The notes beneath the pieces were generated by a model. It was not told the DNA's origin, ran no database searches, and saw only the letters and a list, made by a program, of their open reading frames with translations. The translations under genes and the position numbers were made by a program. From contig CAUYUJ010000216.1 in NCBI GenBank assembly GCA_963575745.1, forward strand, positions 62,001-116,749: 54,749 bases of DNA, written 5' to 3'. The DNA is from Prorocentrum cordatum. Its lineage: Eukaryota. Shown piece after piece: positions 11,037 through 21,300 of this stretch; the stretch's first letter is position 1; the number at the start of each line of letters is the position of its first letter.

Positions 11037-13870
11037 TCAAGCGGCCTTGACCTTCTTGCGCTTCTTGGTCTTCGGCCGATCCCCCTTCTCCTCCTTCGCT
11101 TTCTCCTCGTCGTTCAGGGCGCCGCCAGCCCTGTGGATCCTGCGGGTCTCCTGGTCCAGCTGCTCGATCATGGCCTGGCGGGGGATGGGGTGAGGAGGGC
11201 GGCAGGGGGGGGGGCGGGGGCAGGGTTTCCTCCTCCTCCCCACCTCTCTCCTCGCTCCTGCCTTCCCTCCGTTTCCTCTCCACCTCCCCCGACCGTCGCC
11301 ATCATCGCCCTCATTGTCATCATTCCCCCTTTATGGGGGCGAGGAATCGCGGGCGAGCCTTGATCTCCGTCAGGACGGCGGCCTCCTTCAATATGTCATC
11401 GTGCAACATGGTCTTCTTGATCTCGGCGGACTCGGTGCCCATCCTGAGGAGGTTGCCCATCGTCAGCTGCCTGACGCTCTCGCTGACATGATCGTTCATC
11501 TTCGCCAGCTTCCCGCGGACAGGCTTCGTGTTGGCCCACTTCCATTTCTTCTCGTCGGCGTTGATCTCCTCGATCAAGTTGTCGCAGTTCGAGGCGGCAA
11601 TCTTGGCGAAGTCGACGATCTTCTTGGAGTCGGCGAGTGCTTTCATGACAGCTGCGCTCCTCGCCCTCCTTGCCGCCTTCTCAGCTCGCTCCTCAGCCCC
11701 CCCGCCATCGCCGCCCTGGCCGTCGCCGTGCTTCTTCGGCCTGGGGCCTCCCAGCACAGCAGGTTCACCCTGTGGCTTCGCGCCGATGGCCGCCCCCTCG
11801 CCAGCGTCATTCTCGCCATTGCCAGCAGCGCCGCCCCCGACTGCCGCCTGCACATCATCTTCATCATCATCCGCTGCGCCTGCAGACTGGCCGTCGTCGT
11901 CTCCGCCACTGGCCTCGGCGAGCTCGCCGAGCCTGCTGCTGCTCGGGTTGTCGAGCCCAGCGGCGAGGGGCTGGCCACTGGGAGCCTGGCCGATGTCCTG
12001 CGACGTGTGCTCTGACCACAGCTTCGTGAACGACTCCTGGTACCCGATCTCGAAATGCATGAACTTGATGCCCTTGTGAGACCAATCTTGCTGGGCAAAC
12101 GGGTACCCGAGGGACAGGCACCGCTGCGCGTGGATGAGGCAGCACTCGACGGTGTACTTGTCCATGTGGCCCGTGGGGCCGCCCTCCAGCTCGCACATCT
12201 TCAGGAACGAAACCAGGCGCCCGCCCTTGGTGTAGTCCTCCTTGCTCGCGCGCGTGAACTCGCGCTTCTTGGAGGCGACGGCTGGGTACTTCTTCTGAAA
12301 GGGGCCGAAGTCCACGGGCGCGGTCGGCCGCCCTCCCCCTATCTGCCCCTCCCGATGTGCATGTGTCTGTATACCTGTCTGTCTGTCTGGTTCTCTATAT
12401 ACCGTTATAAGTAGGTTTATCGATAGATAGATAAGTAGACATACACATCGGGAGGGGCAGGGGGTGAGAGATCGCCCGCGCCTGCTGAGTTCGGCCCCAG
12501 TGCCTTCGCCCAGTCGGCCTTGAACGCCTCAGGGTCATCACACGCATTGTAGTCGTCCTTCAGCTTCTTGTTCTTCTTGAGGTCCCTCCCCCACCGCGCC
12601 TGGAGCGCCGCCGAAGCCGCTGAGAAGAAGCCGCCGTTCTCCTCGACCGCCTTGATCAGCTCCTCGTCGCCCTTCGCGTTCCTCTCGCCGATGACCCTGC
12701 CCTTCGAGCCCACCTTGGCCGCCTTGGCGGGCGGGCCATGCGCGCCGCCAGCGTGCACGCTGGCGAACGATGCGCGGCCAGTCTCCTGAGAGGTGCCCAG
12801 CTTGATCACCCCCGCGCTGGGGCGCACCAGCACGTCGCATCGGCAAGACCTCAGCCCTGCAGGACTGCGGTCTTGCCGATGCGAGGTTGCCAGTGCAGCT
12901 GGCGTCGGGGTCATCGCAGCGAGCCCGTCGACTCCTGAGCATGCCCAGCTGGCATGGCCGCGGCCTTCTTCATGAGCAGGTCCTGGGCCCGAGTCGCCAA
13001 CTCGAACTTCGGGTCCTTCTGCGGGGTGACATCCACGTGGCTCAGGCCGCCAGTCGTCGGCGTCACATCGCCGCCGCCCGCGCCTGCAATGTCAGCGTGC
13101 TTGCCCACGACGTCCCTGAGCGTCGCCCCCAGCGTTGGCCTGGCCGGCCTGCGCGGCGGAGGCAGCGCTGGAGCTGCCGCCGTCGGCGGCGCTGGTGCGG
13201 GCCCCGCCGCCGCTGGCTCGGCGGAGGCAGCCGACGTCGGCGTGCCAGCCGACGAAGTCACGGGCGTCGCTGGTGCCGACTTCGCCTGCGCAGGAGTCAC
13301 AGGCGCCGACTTCGGCAGAGGCCTAGGCGTCCCTGCCACGGACGCCAGCGGCTTGTCGTCGGAGTCCTCGGAGGCGCCGTCGGGCTCGTCGTCGGACCCG
13401 TCGTCGGACTTCTCGGGCTCGGCCGCGGTCTCGGTGAAACTCAGGTCGATGAAGTCCTGGAGGGTGTCCCCGTACTCATCGGTGCCCGTGTCGGAGCACT
13501 CGCCATCTTCCTCGTCCTCGCTCTCGGCCACGTAGTCCGAGTCCGCGTCCTCGTCGAGATCGCTCGTGGATCGAGCTCGCTTGACCACGGCCGCAGTCTT
13601 GTCAGTGAGCTGCTCTGCCTGACCCTTCGTCATCCCGTGGGCCAGCACGTGGTCGAAGTCATCAGATGAGATCCCGTCCATCCACGCCTTCTCCATGCTC
13701 TCCCGCATGTGCACGGACCGCCTGTTCGCGGGCCTCGAGCTGTCGCCGTTGCTGCACGCGGGCTCGGGATGCTGCTCCGACTTCTCGAGCTCGTCCTGCG
13801 TCATGCGCACGTCGTGCTTGCTCGCCTCCAGCGCCTCGATCAGCCCTGGCGACTCAGCCTCCATGGACAT
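11037..13870 (-). CDS. Transposon-borne gene 2, unknown function; acidic/Pro-Ala-rich N-terminus, helical C-terminus ending in a Lys-rich NLS-like tail; 4 exons: 13870-12935, 12785-12504, 12294-11359, 11174-11037
   Basis: Phase-0 joins HAQ|ETG (GA-AG), WAK|KKY (GC-AG) and EIK|AMI (GC-AG) link four ORF-track segments with strongly GC3-biased codons. Confidence 0.7.
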
Positions 13871-13969
13871 CTTGATGACGTCATTCCCTATGCCTGGGAC
13901 TGCTAGGGGCGGCTTTGATATTAATCCCCAGCCTCCCCCTCCTTCTCCTCATCATCCCCTTTATCCTTC

Positions 13970-14060
13970 TCCCTCCTCCTCCTCCTCCTCCTCCTCCTCT
14001 TCCTCCTCCTCATCCTCCTCCTCCCCCTCCTCCTCTCCATCCTCCTCCTCCTCCTCCTCG
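13970..14060 (+). repeat. Imperfect (CCT)n microsatellite
   Basis: Directly visible. Confidence 0.85.
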
Positions 14061-14740
14061 CCCTTCCCCCCCTCTCCTCTCGGCTGGGGGTGGCGAGTGG
14101 TCGGCGATGCATCTACGATGGGTCGACGATGCATCGATGCGCCAGCTTCGGGGCTTGCGAGACGGAGCCTGGCGATGGGCTCTCCGAGACGTGGACCGCC
14201 TCGTCCCCGCTGCTCGCCGAGATCTCTACGGAGATCTGCTCTGCCATCATCCCTGCGGACGGCTGCGGGCCCCTGGTCACTAAACACAGTGGGCGGCCCC
14301 TGAAGCCCGAAACGCCTCGTGCCAAGATGCTGCGGGTGTCATCTGAGATCTTCGCGCCCCTAGCTGTGCGAGCTACGCGGTGTGAGCTATCTGGTGCAAG
14401 CTGTATGCGATGGAAGCTCTGCGGCGCAAGCTATGGCGTAAGCTATGTGGTTCAAGCTGCTCGGCTGCCTCTGGTGCCCACGGAAGAAGCAAGAGGGGGG
14501 GGTCATGGGCGAACGGGTTGGTGCGAACGCACCGCTATGTTTTTTTTTTGACAGCCACCCGCTAGCCACGAAGTCTGGCGAACAGAGACGCACCAGGATT
14601 CGGGATGTCGCTCCACCCCTGGTTGCTCGCAGAAGCTGCCGACGGCGCTGGCTCCTCTGGGCGCGGGGGCACGGCAAGACACTGTTGATTTTCGAACGCC
14701 AAGGCCCCTTAATGTCGGAAGCTCGCCAACGCAAGCCCCA

Positions 14741-15082
14741 CAGGGGGGGGGAGGGGGAATTTCTGACGCTAAGGGGCCTTAACTTTGGACGCCCGACATG
14801 GGTGCGGAAAGAATGGGTGCAATGCCCAAAACCGAATGTTGCCCCACACCAACAGCGGCCGGTGTTAGGCAGGCGGCCTTCTGTCTCGAATGGGCACAGG
14901 CCGCGGCGGCGCGGACAGCGAGTCCTGCTCAAAATAAACAGGAATTGGTGTTTGGCATCGTACCCATTCTTTCCGTGCCCATCTCGGGCGTCCAGATTAA
15001 CGTTAGAAGCTCGCCGAAACGAGCCCCGCAGGGACGATCTTCTAACGCTAAGGCTCCTTAACGTCAGAAATTCGCCACCTGG
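14741..15082. mobile_element. MITE-like fold-back insert with long imperfect inverted repeats
   Basis: gaatttctgacgctaaggggcctta..ggacgcccgacatgggtgcggaaagaatgggt (14757-14840) pairs with acccattctttccgtgcccatctcgggcgtcca..taaggctccttaacgtcagaaattc (14944-15073). Confidence 0.6.
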
Positions 15083-15149
15083 CGACGCCCTGGCGAAATG
15101 CCCCACGCTGGGGCCATCGTGGGAGTAGGACGGGTACCCACCTTCCCGC

Positions 15150-15158
15150 CTCTCTCTT

Positions 15159-15225
<67 letters not shown>

Positions 15226-15339
15226 AGTCTCTCGAGTCTCTCTCGTCTTCTCTCTCTCTCTCTCTCTCTCTCTCCCCCTCTCTCTCTCTCTCTCTCTCCT
15301 CGTCTCTCTCTCTCTCCTTTCTCTCTTTTTCTCTCTCTT

Positions 15340-15438
<99 letters not shown>

Positions 15439-15516
15439 ATCTCTTTGTATCTCTCTCTCTCACTCTCTCTCTCTTTTCTCTCTCTCTATTTTTCTCTTCC
15501 TCTCTCTCTATCTCTG

Positions 15517-15549
<33 letters not shown>

Positions 15550-15550
15550 A
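15150..15550 (+). repeat. Imperfect (TC)n microsatellite
   Basis: Directly visible. Confidence 0.95.
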
Positions 15551-15918
15551 TATATATCCTCTATTTCTGTGCATCTCTATATCTTTCTACATCTGCGTAT
15601 ACGCACGCACCCACACTTGATTCAATATCACCACCCCAAAGTTGCATAATCCTTTCTCTCTTACGGCTACGTCGAATCCTCGTTTGCTCTCTCCCAGCCA
15701 TTTTGCTGCTCGGCTCGCTGCTCTCGGGCTCTGTTTTCAAGTCCTTGAGGTGCTGTGTTCCTCCTCCTCCTCCTCCTCAGCCTCCTCCTTCTGCTACTCC
15801 TGCCCCTCCCCTGTCCTCCGCCTATCATCTCGCCATCGCAGTCGTCCGCATCGCCGATCGAGTCGGATTTCGCATTCGATCTCGGTTGAGGCCACTCGTG
15901 CGCCGACAGCGGCACCGT

Positions 15919-15986
15919 AGATGCATCGTCGATGCATCGTCGATGCATCGTCGATGCATCGTCGATGCATCGTCGACCGATCGTCG
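15919..15986. repeat. 11-bp tandem GATGCATCGTC array (reverse orientation relative to 10638-10799)
   Basis: gatgcatcgtcgatgcatcgtcgatgcatcgtc... Confidence 0.9.
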
Positions 15987-16004
15987 GCGCGCAGCCGTCA
16001 CCGT

Positions 16005-17780
16005 TCAGACTGGAGGCCAGCGGAGGAAGAGGGGGGCCTCTCGGTGGAAGAGGGGGAGGATGAGGAGGAGTAGGGGCAGGGAGCCGGATGAGGAGGACGA
16101 CCAACAGGGAGGGCATGGAAGAGTAGGAGGAGGAGGTTCAATCGTGGCCAAGGTTGGTCCTGCCCTGTCCTCGTCAGTTCCTGGAGCTGGGCTCGCCGCG
16201 GCGGCCGCGGGCTTCTTGGCGGGCAGCTCCTGCTTCTTGGCGGGCAGCTCCTGCTTCTTGGCGGGCAGCTCCTGCTTCTTCTTGGCGGGCAGCTCCTGCT
16301 TCTTCTTGGCGGGCAGCTCCTGCTTCTTCTTGGCGGGCAGCTCGTCCTCCTCGAAGCCGTCCTTGGCGGGCAGCTCGTCCTCCTCCGCGTCGCCGCCGCT
16401 CGTGTCGTCGGGGTCCGTCTCCTCGTCCTTCTCGAAGCTGCCCTCCTCGCTCTCCTCGCCCTCGTCCTCGTCCTCGTCGCTGTGGTGACGATCATCCTCG
16501 GCGTCAGCTGCAGCAGGTGCAGCAGCAGGCCTCTTGGCGACGATGGCCGTCGCAGCTGCAGGGCGTTTCATTGCTGGCGTAGTTGCCGATGCCGCTGCAG
16601 GCCGCTTCCTCGACGGTATGCACCTGGCGGCCATGATCTCATCAATCGTCATGGTGTTGCTGATGTAGGCTTTGGCCCAGGTGTGCATCTTCTCACGGGC
16701 TTGCTCAGCAGGGCAATGATCGTAGCTGAGCTGTACTTTTTGTCGGCCGTCTACGTTGATGACGAGGCCAATCTCCAGGGTCTTGTCATTTCTGGTCCTC
16801 AGCTGCTTCTCCGTGACTGTGACTCTCTCATCGCCCTTGTGGCCGACGAACGACTGCTTGGATGCTGTCTTCTTCTCAGTGCCGATGCTCCCGAACGCCA
16901 GCTTCGTCAACGTCGGCAGCGCGTAGACCATCCCGTCGGAGAACCTCGCTCTCATGGTGCTGGTGTCCGTCGCGCCCTCTGGCGCGAAGATCTCATCTGT
17001 CAACTCGCATGGGCCTGTTTTTTTTTTTTTTTTTTTTTTTTTTTTTGATCGCCACGCCTTCCCCTGCGCGGAGTCCCACCCCCAGTGATGGTACACGCTG
17101 GGCTCACCCGTCGGCGGAAGCTGCTCCGCGTTGCCCTCAGGTTCTCGGCTTGGACGGGTAGTGGGCGAGCTGTCGAACGGAGGCGACTGGGTCGGAGAAG
17201 GCGAAGCTGCTGGGGCACCATGGGCAATCCTGACGAATTTGGCGAACCACTTAGGATACGTTTTGCCTGCTGTGTAGTTCCGCAAGGGCTGGTACAAGTG
17301 CTTTGCCATGGACCTCAGCATGCTCGACTTCTCGATCGCCCAGCTCTCCATCTGCTGGTCGTCGTAGGTCCACTCCGCCGCCTCGCGAGGAGGCGAGGGG
17401 AGGCGAGGAGGCGGGCGTCTCAAAACGAAGGGGGAGGGGGATGCCAATATTGGCACCCCCCGCCTCTTTTTTTTGAGATGGAGCAAACTGGGATGACTCT
17501 GAGTTTGTTGATTTATCGCCTTCGATCTGCCAATGCTCATCATCGCTGCATCGGTCGTGGCCTTCGTCATCGTGAGGTTCGAAGAGACGCCCCTGATGGC
17601 CCACGACATTTTGGCGTCCCTCTGCAGGGCTAGAATGCAATCATCCGTGAGTTTGTCCTGGCCTGGGTGAGTGCCGTACTTCACAAACGCGGGGCCGTCC
17701 ACGAACGGCAAAATGACCTCTAACAACTTCTTGTGGTCAGTGCACGTCTCTCGAGACTTCCTGTCCTCTGCCGTCGCCAT
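16005..17780 (-). CDS. Transposon-borne gene 3, unknown function; KRPAAA motifs, acidic tract, tandem ELPAKK(K)Q repeats; probable GC-AG intron 17382-17519; 3' end uncertain
   Basis: ORF 16005..17882 with likely start MATAEDRK at 17780. The in-frame intron would give SK|AAEW. 21/24-bp coding repeats at 16210-16380. Confidence 0.6.
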   Translation of the reverse strand: MATAEDRKSRETCTDHKKLLEVILPFVDGPAFVKYGTHPGQDKLTDDCILALQRDAKMSWAIRGVSSNLTMTKATTDAAMMSIGRSKAINQQTQSHPSLLHLKKKRRGVPILASPSPFVLRRPPPRLPSPPREAAEWTYDDQQMESWAIEKSSMLRSMAKHLYQPLRNYTAGKTYPKWFAKFVRIAHGAPAASPSPTQSPPFDSSPTTRPSREPEGNAEQLPPTGEPSVYHHWGWDSAQGKAWRSKKKKKKKKKTGPCELTDEIFAPEGATDTSTMRARFSDGMVYALPTLTKLAFGSIGTEKKTASKQSFVGHKGDERVTVTEKQLRTRNDKTLEIGLVINVDGRQKVQLSYDHCPAEQAREKMHTWAKAYISNTMTIDEIMAARCIPSRKRPAAASATTPAMKRPAAATAIVAKRPAAAPAAADAEDDRHHSDEDEDEGEESEEGSFEKDEETDPDDTSGGDAEEDELPAKDGFEEDELPAKKKQELPAKKKQELPAKKKQELPAKKQELPAKKQELPAKKPAAAAASPAPGTDEDRAGPTLATIEPPPPTLPCPPCWSSSSSGSLPLLLLILPLFHREAPLFLRWPPV

Positions 17781-18035
17781 GGCGGCGCGGCCCCAACAGG
17801 AGTGGGGCCGCTCGGGGCAAAACGGCCGCGTCGCGCGAGAAACGCGACAGACGGAGAGCGGCGGCATTTCCAAACAAGCCAATCCTCACCAGCACACACG
17901 AACATACATTCCCCCAGCCCGTGTTCCCAGTTTCGCACGAGACGTCCTCACAATTCGTGCAATGCTTGTAAACACGCGTCATATGTATACACATGCGTTT
18001 ACAACAATATGTGCACATGTATGTGTACAACACAC

Positions 18036-18036
<1 letters not shown>

Positions 18037-18075
<39 letters not shown>
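18037..18075. repeat. (TA)n microsatellite
   Basis: Directly visible. Confidence 0.9.
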
Positions 18076-18078
<3 letters not shown>

Positions 18079-18164
18079 AAAACCAACATTATCTTAGAAC
18101 ATTAAGATATAGGGCTGTAAGATAAAAGTTACAAATGATGCCATTTTGGCCGCAAGAATTAAAA

Positions 18165-18187
18165 CTTACAACTCTAGGACCTCTGGG
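18165..18187 (-). repeat. Right terminal inverted repeat (element terminus reads CCCAGAGG on the minus strand)
   Basis: Reverse complement of 3194-3215. Confidence 0.85.
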
Positions 18188-18357
18188 ATCCAAAGTCGTT
18201 ATCATTACCGTTGTACGGTTCATAAATGCCATGCCGGATCCGCCTGATACATACATTGGGCCCATGATGGTTGTTGTCACGAACGAGCACCGCTGTCTTG
18301 TAGCCGATGCCAAGTCAGAAACCGCAGTTGGATTCGAAACCGGAGTTGTTGGAGATC
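18188..18357 (-). mobile_element. 5' remainder of CRE-like copy A
   Basis: Reads ..MAFMNRTTVMITTLD and joins in frame to INHGTAAALRN.. at 3191 once the transposon and one AT are removed. Confidence 0.7.
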
Positions 18358-21300
18358 TTTTTTTTTTTTTTTTGCCATCCCCCGCATCGGACACGAAGCG
18401 ACGCTGTGCAAGGCTATGCCCGAAAACCTGGCATAGGTGAAACGCGGCGCAGCGAACAGCCTAAGCAGCGCCAAAGGAGGAGGAGGAGGAGGAGGAGGAG
18501 GAGGAGGAGGAGGAGGAGGAGAAGGAGGAAGGAGCGGGCTACCGCCGGACTAAATCACTTCCAATTCGTCCAGCGGGCATGCGGGCTCGAGAGGGCTCAC
18601 CGGCAGGTCAGAATATGGTTGGAGGATTTGGTTCGCCACCGACCGTTGTAGTACGATCCCCAGAATGCCCCACCATCTGTGTAGGAGTCCTAACGCAGTC
18701 CCTCTTCGGATAGCCCCTGGCAGCGCCCGGCATCGTTCACGTGCGAGCGCGGGCACGAGCGTCACTGCTTGCTTCCCCCATCTTCCGTACGTCTCTGATC
18801 CAAGGCATTGCAGCGACCCCAATCCCGTAGATACCACTTCCGAATAGTTTGCATTGTTCTCCCGCTCTGCTGTTTCCATCAGCCGCCCCCCTCTGTTACT
18901 CGTCCCTGCCCTCGGGGCCCCGTTCCCGCTGATTGGATGCATAATTGTCACGTCGCAGAATAGGGGAATACCATGTTCCACGTGAAGCCCCGGAACAATG
19001 AGGTCCAAACGCCTTTGATCATTGGAGGGGACGGGGACGTGCGTATGAGCCAGCATCCGCTCTACGTTCCTGTCGGGGATAATCCCTCCAACTTCCGTGA
19101 ACACTTGCCTCCACGCTCCTACCGTAGCAGTACGCCGTGCATTTAGCCTCCCATAGTGGTTCGTAGTCATGGTAGAGTATCCATGGGGGTCCCTTCCATC
19201 AAAAACCACTGCAATTCCCAACCTTCGCCGTATTGCACAAAAAAAAACGAAAAAAAAAAAAAAAAAAAAAAAACAAAAAAACAAAAAAAAGAAAAACTCA
19301 AAAAAAAAAACTGAAAAAAAAAAACAAAAAACAAAAAATGCAAAAAAAAACGCACAAAGCATTTGTGGATTATCCATTGCCAGCGTGGGAGTCGTAGGGC
19401 AGATAGTTAACCAAATAGCTGCATAGGGCCCCATACACGCATAGATTCGAGTTTTGCCGGCCGTTGCGGCATTCCTCCGGGCATTTGGTCCCCCACCTAG
19501 TTGTTGAAGCAAATTGTTATGAGATTGTTTTTTCGAAGTGGTCCGAAGCGTGAAATTGCCACCCATGTGTCCATTCGCCCAAAGTTAGCGGTTGCTCTGG
19601 TGGTGCGGGGGGTCTCTCACCCGCTGCCACCTGGGCCCACGTGGGGCGATCGCGCCATCCAGCGTTGCTGCATATTTGTCCGCTGCGCTCCGCTTCGACC
19701 ACACAGTCGGGGTAATTGTGCCCTGCTGGAATATCCCCACCAGATACGGTATCGAAGTGGTGTCGGATATCCCTTCCTATCTCGGGAAATGCGCGGGTCA
19801 AGTTATGCAACGAATCAGCCCAGCTTGCCCAGTAAGCTGCCGGAGAAAGCCTCGTGGAGTCCCTGAGGCCAAGGCCAGCGTAGCGGAGGGGGGGCGTAGC
19901 TTGTGCAACCCAGGTGGCATAAGAAACTCCATGCAAGATGCGATCCCAATTGTCTGGGCCTGGGATGCCGAATAGCTCGCTGAAGGTTGTTAGCACGTTG
20001 CGGTCGTGTGTGGCCGCTGCCTCCCTGGACTGGGATGGCGGTGTCGTCCGGAGTAAGTGGTTGAGCCGCGGCACTGCACAGTAGTATAGTAGGAGCCACG
20101 CCATTTGTAGTGAAGGGAGCTTCGGTAAAATGTGTAATAACTTCGCCTTCGCTGCAGCCTGCGCGTTTCCGAATTCTGCCACGTATGCATGTGTGCCAAA
20201 TGGTGGCCCTAAGACCCGTATTCCTTGTTCCGCCTCTGGCTTGTCGTAGACCCATGCTGTAGCGCCCCGTGCGTGCAAACCTGGGGGACAGGGATTGCGG
20301 TTTTTGCTCCATGCCGCCAATTTGCCGATGTTGACATCGATATGGCATGTTCCTCGGAGGGTGGCCCGGATAGCGTCATACACATTTAGCCACGTCAGCG
20401 GGGTCGCAGACCACGTATATATCGTCAAGGTAAGCGATCACTTCGGCCCCAGCTGGGAGGTCTGCTTTGATTTGCTCTAAGGCGCTGTGGAGCGCGAGGC
20501 AAAACAATGCTGGCATCAAAGCGTCACCTTGCTCCCCGCCATCTCCTTGGGGTATTGTGTGAACCCTCTCGTCATCATCTGCCCATTTGAACTGCGATGG
20601 GACGCCATACCATAGTCTGACAAAGGGGAGCAATCCGTGCAGGCTCCCATTAGCCATGAGTTGCTCGAACATGCGGGTCCTCGATACGTGGTCGAAGGCT
20701 CCCACCCCATCGATACTGAGAAGAACTTTGTCGGGGTTCACATCGGTCAAATACCTCAAGAGGTGGATGGCGGCATCGGTGCCCGAACGGTCATAAATCC
20801 CAAAATTGTGCGGCCACACGGCTTGTCGTAAACTGTCTTGAAATTGTTTTGCAAGTGTTTTTGCCACAAGCCGCCGAAATGTATCTCCACTGGATATGCC
20901 CCTCACTCGCGAATTCGGTTTCAAGGCCGCGGTCAATGACGAATAGAGGAGCCCATCCCGGATAATCTCTGGAATATGCGCTCTCGCGAGCCTCTGCGCT
21001 ACGTCGTACATGGCGTCGAAGGCGACATCGTCCTCCAGGCATGGCTTGAAGTGTTCATATCGGCTTCCCCACATCCCTCCCCTCAGACCGCGCCTCGTTT
21101 GGCGCAGCACCGTCGCAAATACATCTCTGTCCAAGTCCACGTCCCGCGCTGGCGCAAAATCGGCGAGATCAGGTGGCAATGGTTCCGCAGGAAATGCCGG
21201 CTGTAATAACGGGTCGGTCAGCTCGTCTAGCGTGGCCTGGGTGCCTGGGGCAATCCCTGTTGACGTAAGCACCCGGGCAGCATGGCTCAGTTCCCCCCGT

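Larger units (their letters stand above)
3194..18187 (-). mobile_element. ~15-kb CACTA/CMC-like DNA transposon with three spliced genes
   Basis: Left end CCAGAGGTCCTAGAGTTGCAAG (3194-3215) and right end CTTACAACTCTAGGACCTCTGGG (18165-18187) are inverted repeats. AT lies on both flanks (3192-3193, 18188-18189). Excision restores an in-frame ORF. An internal DDE-type transposase is present. Confidence 0.8.

Noticed and set aside
9389..11363. Long ORFs rich in SL/RE dipeptides (also 15098-15649, 24429-25023, 41076-42008)
   Set aside because: Translations of (GA/TC)n microsatellites.
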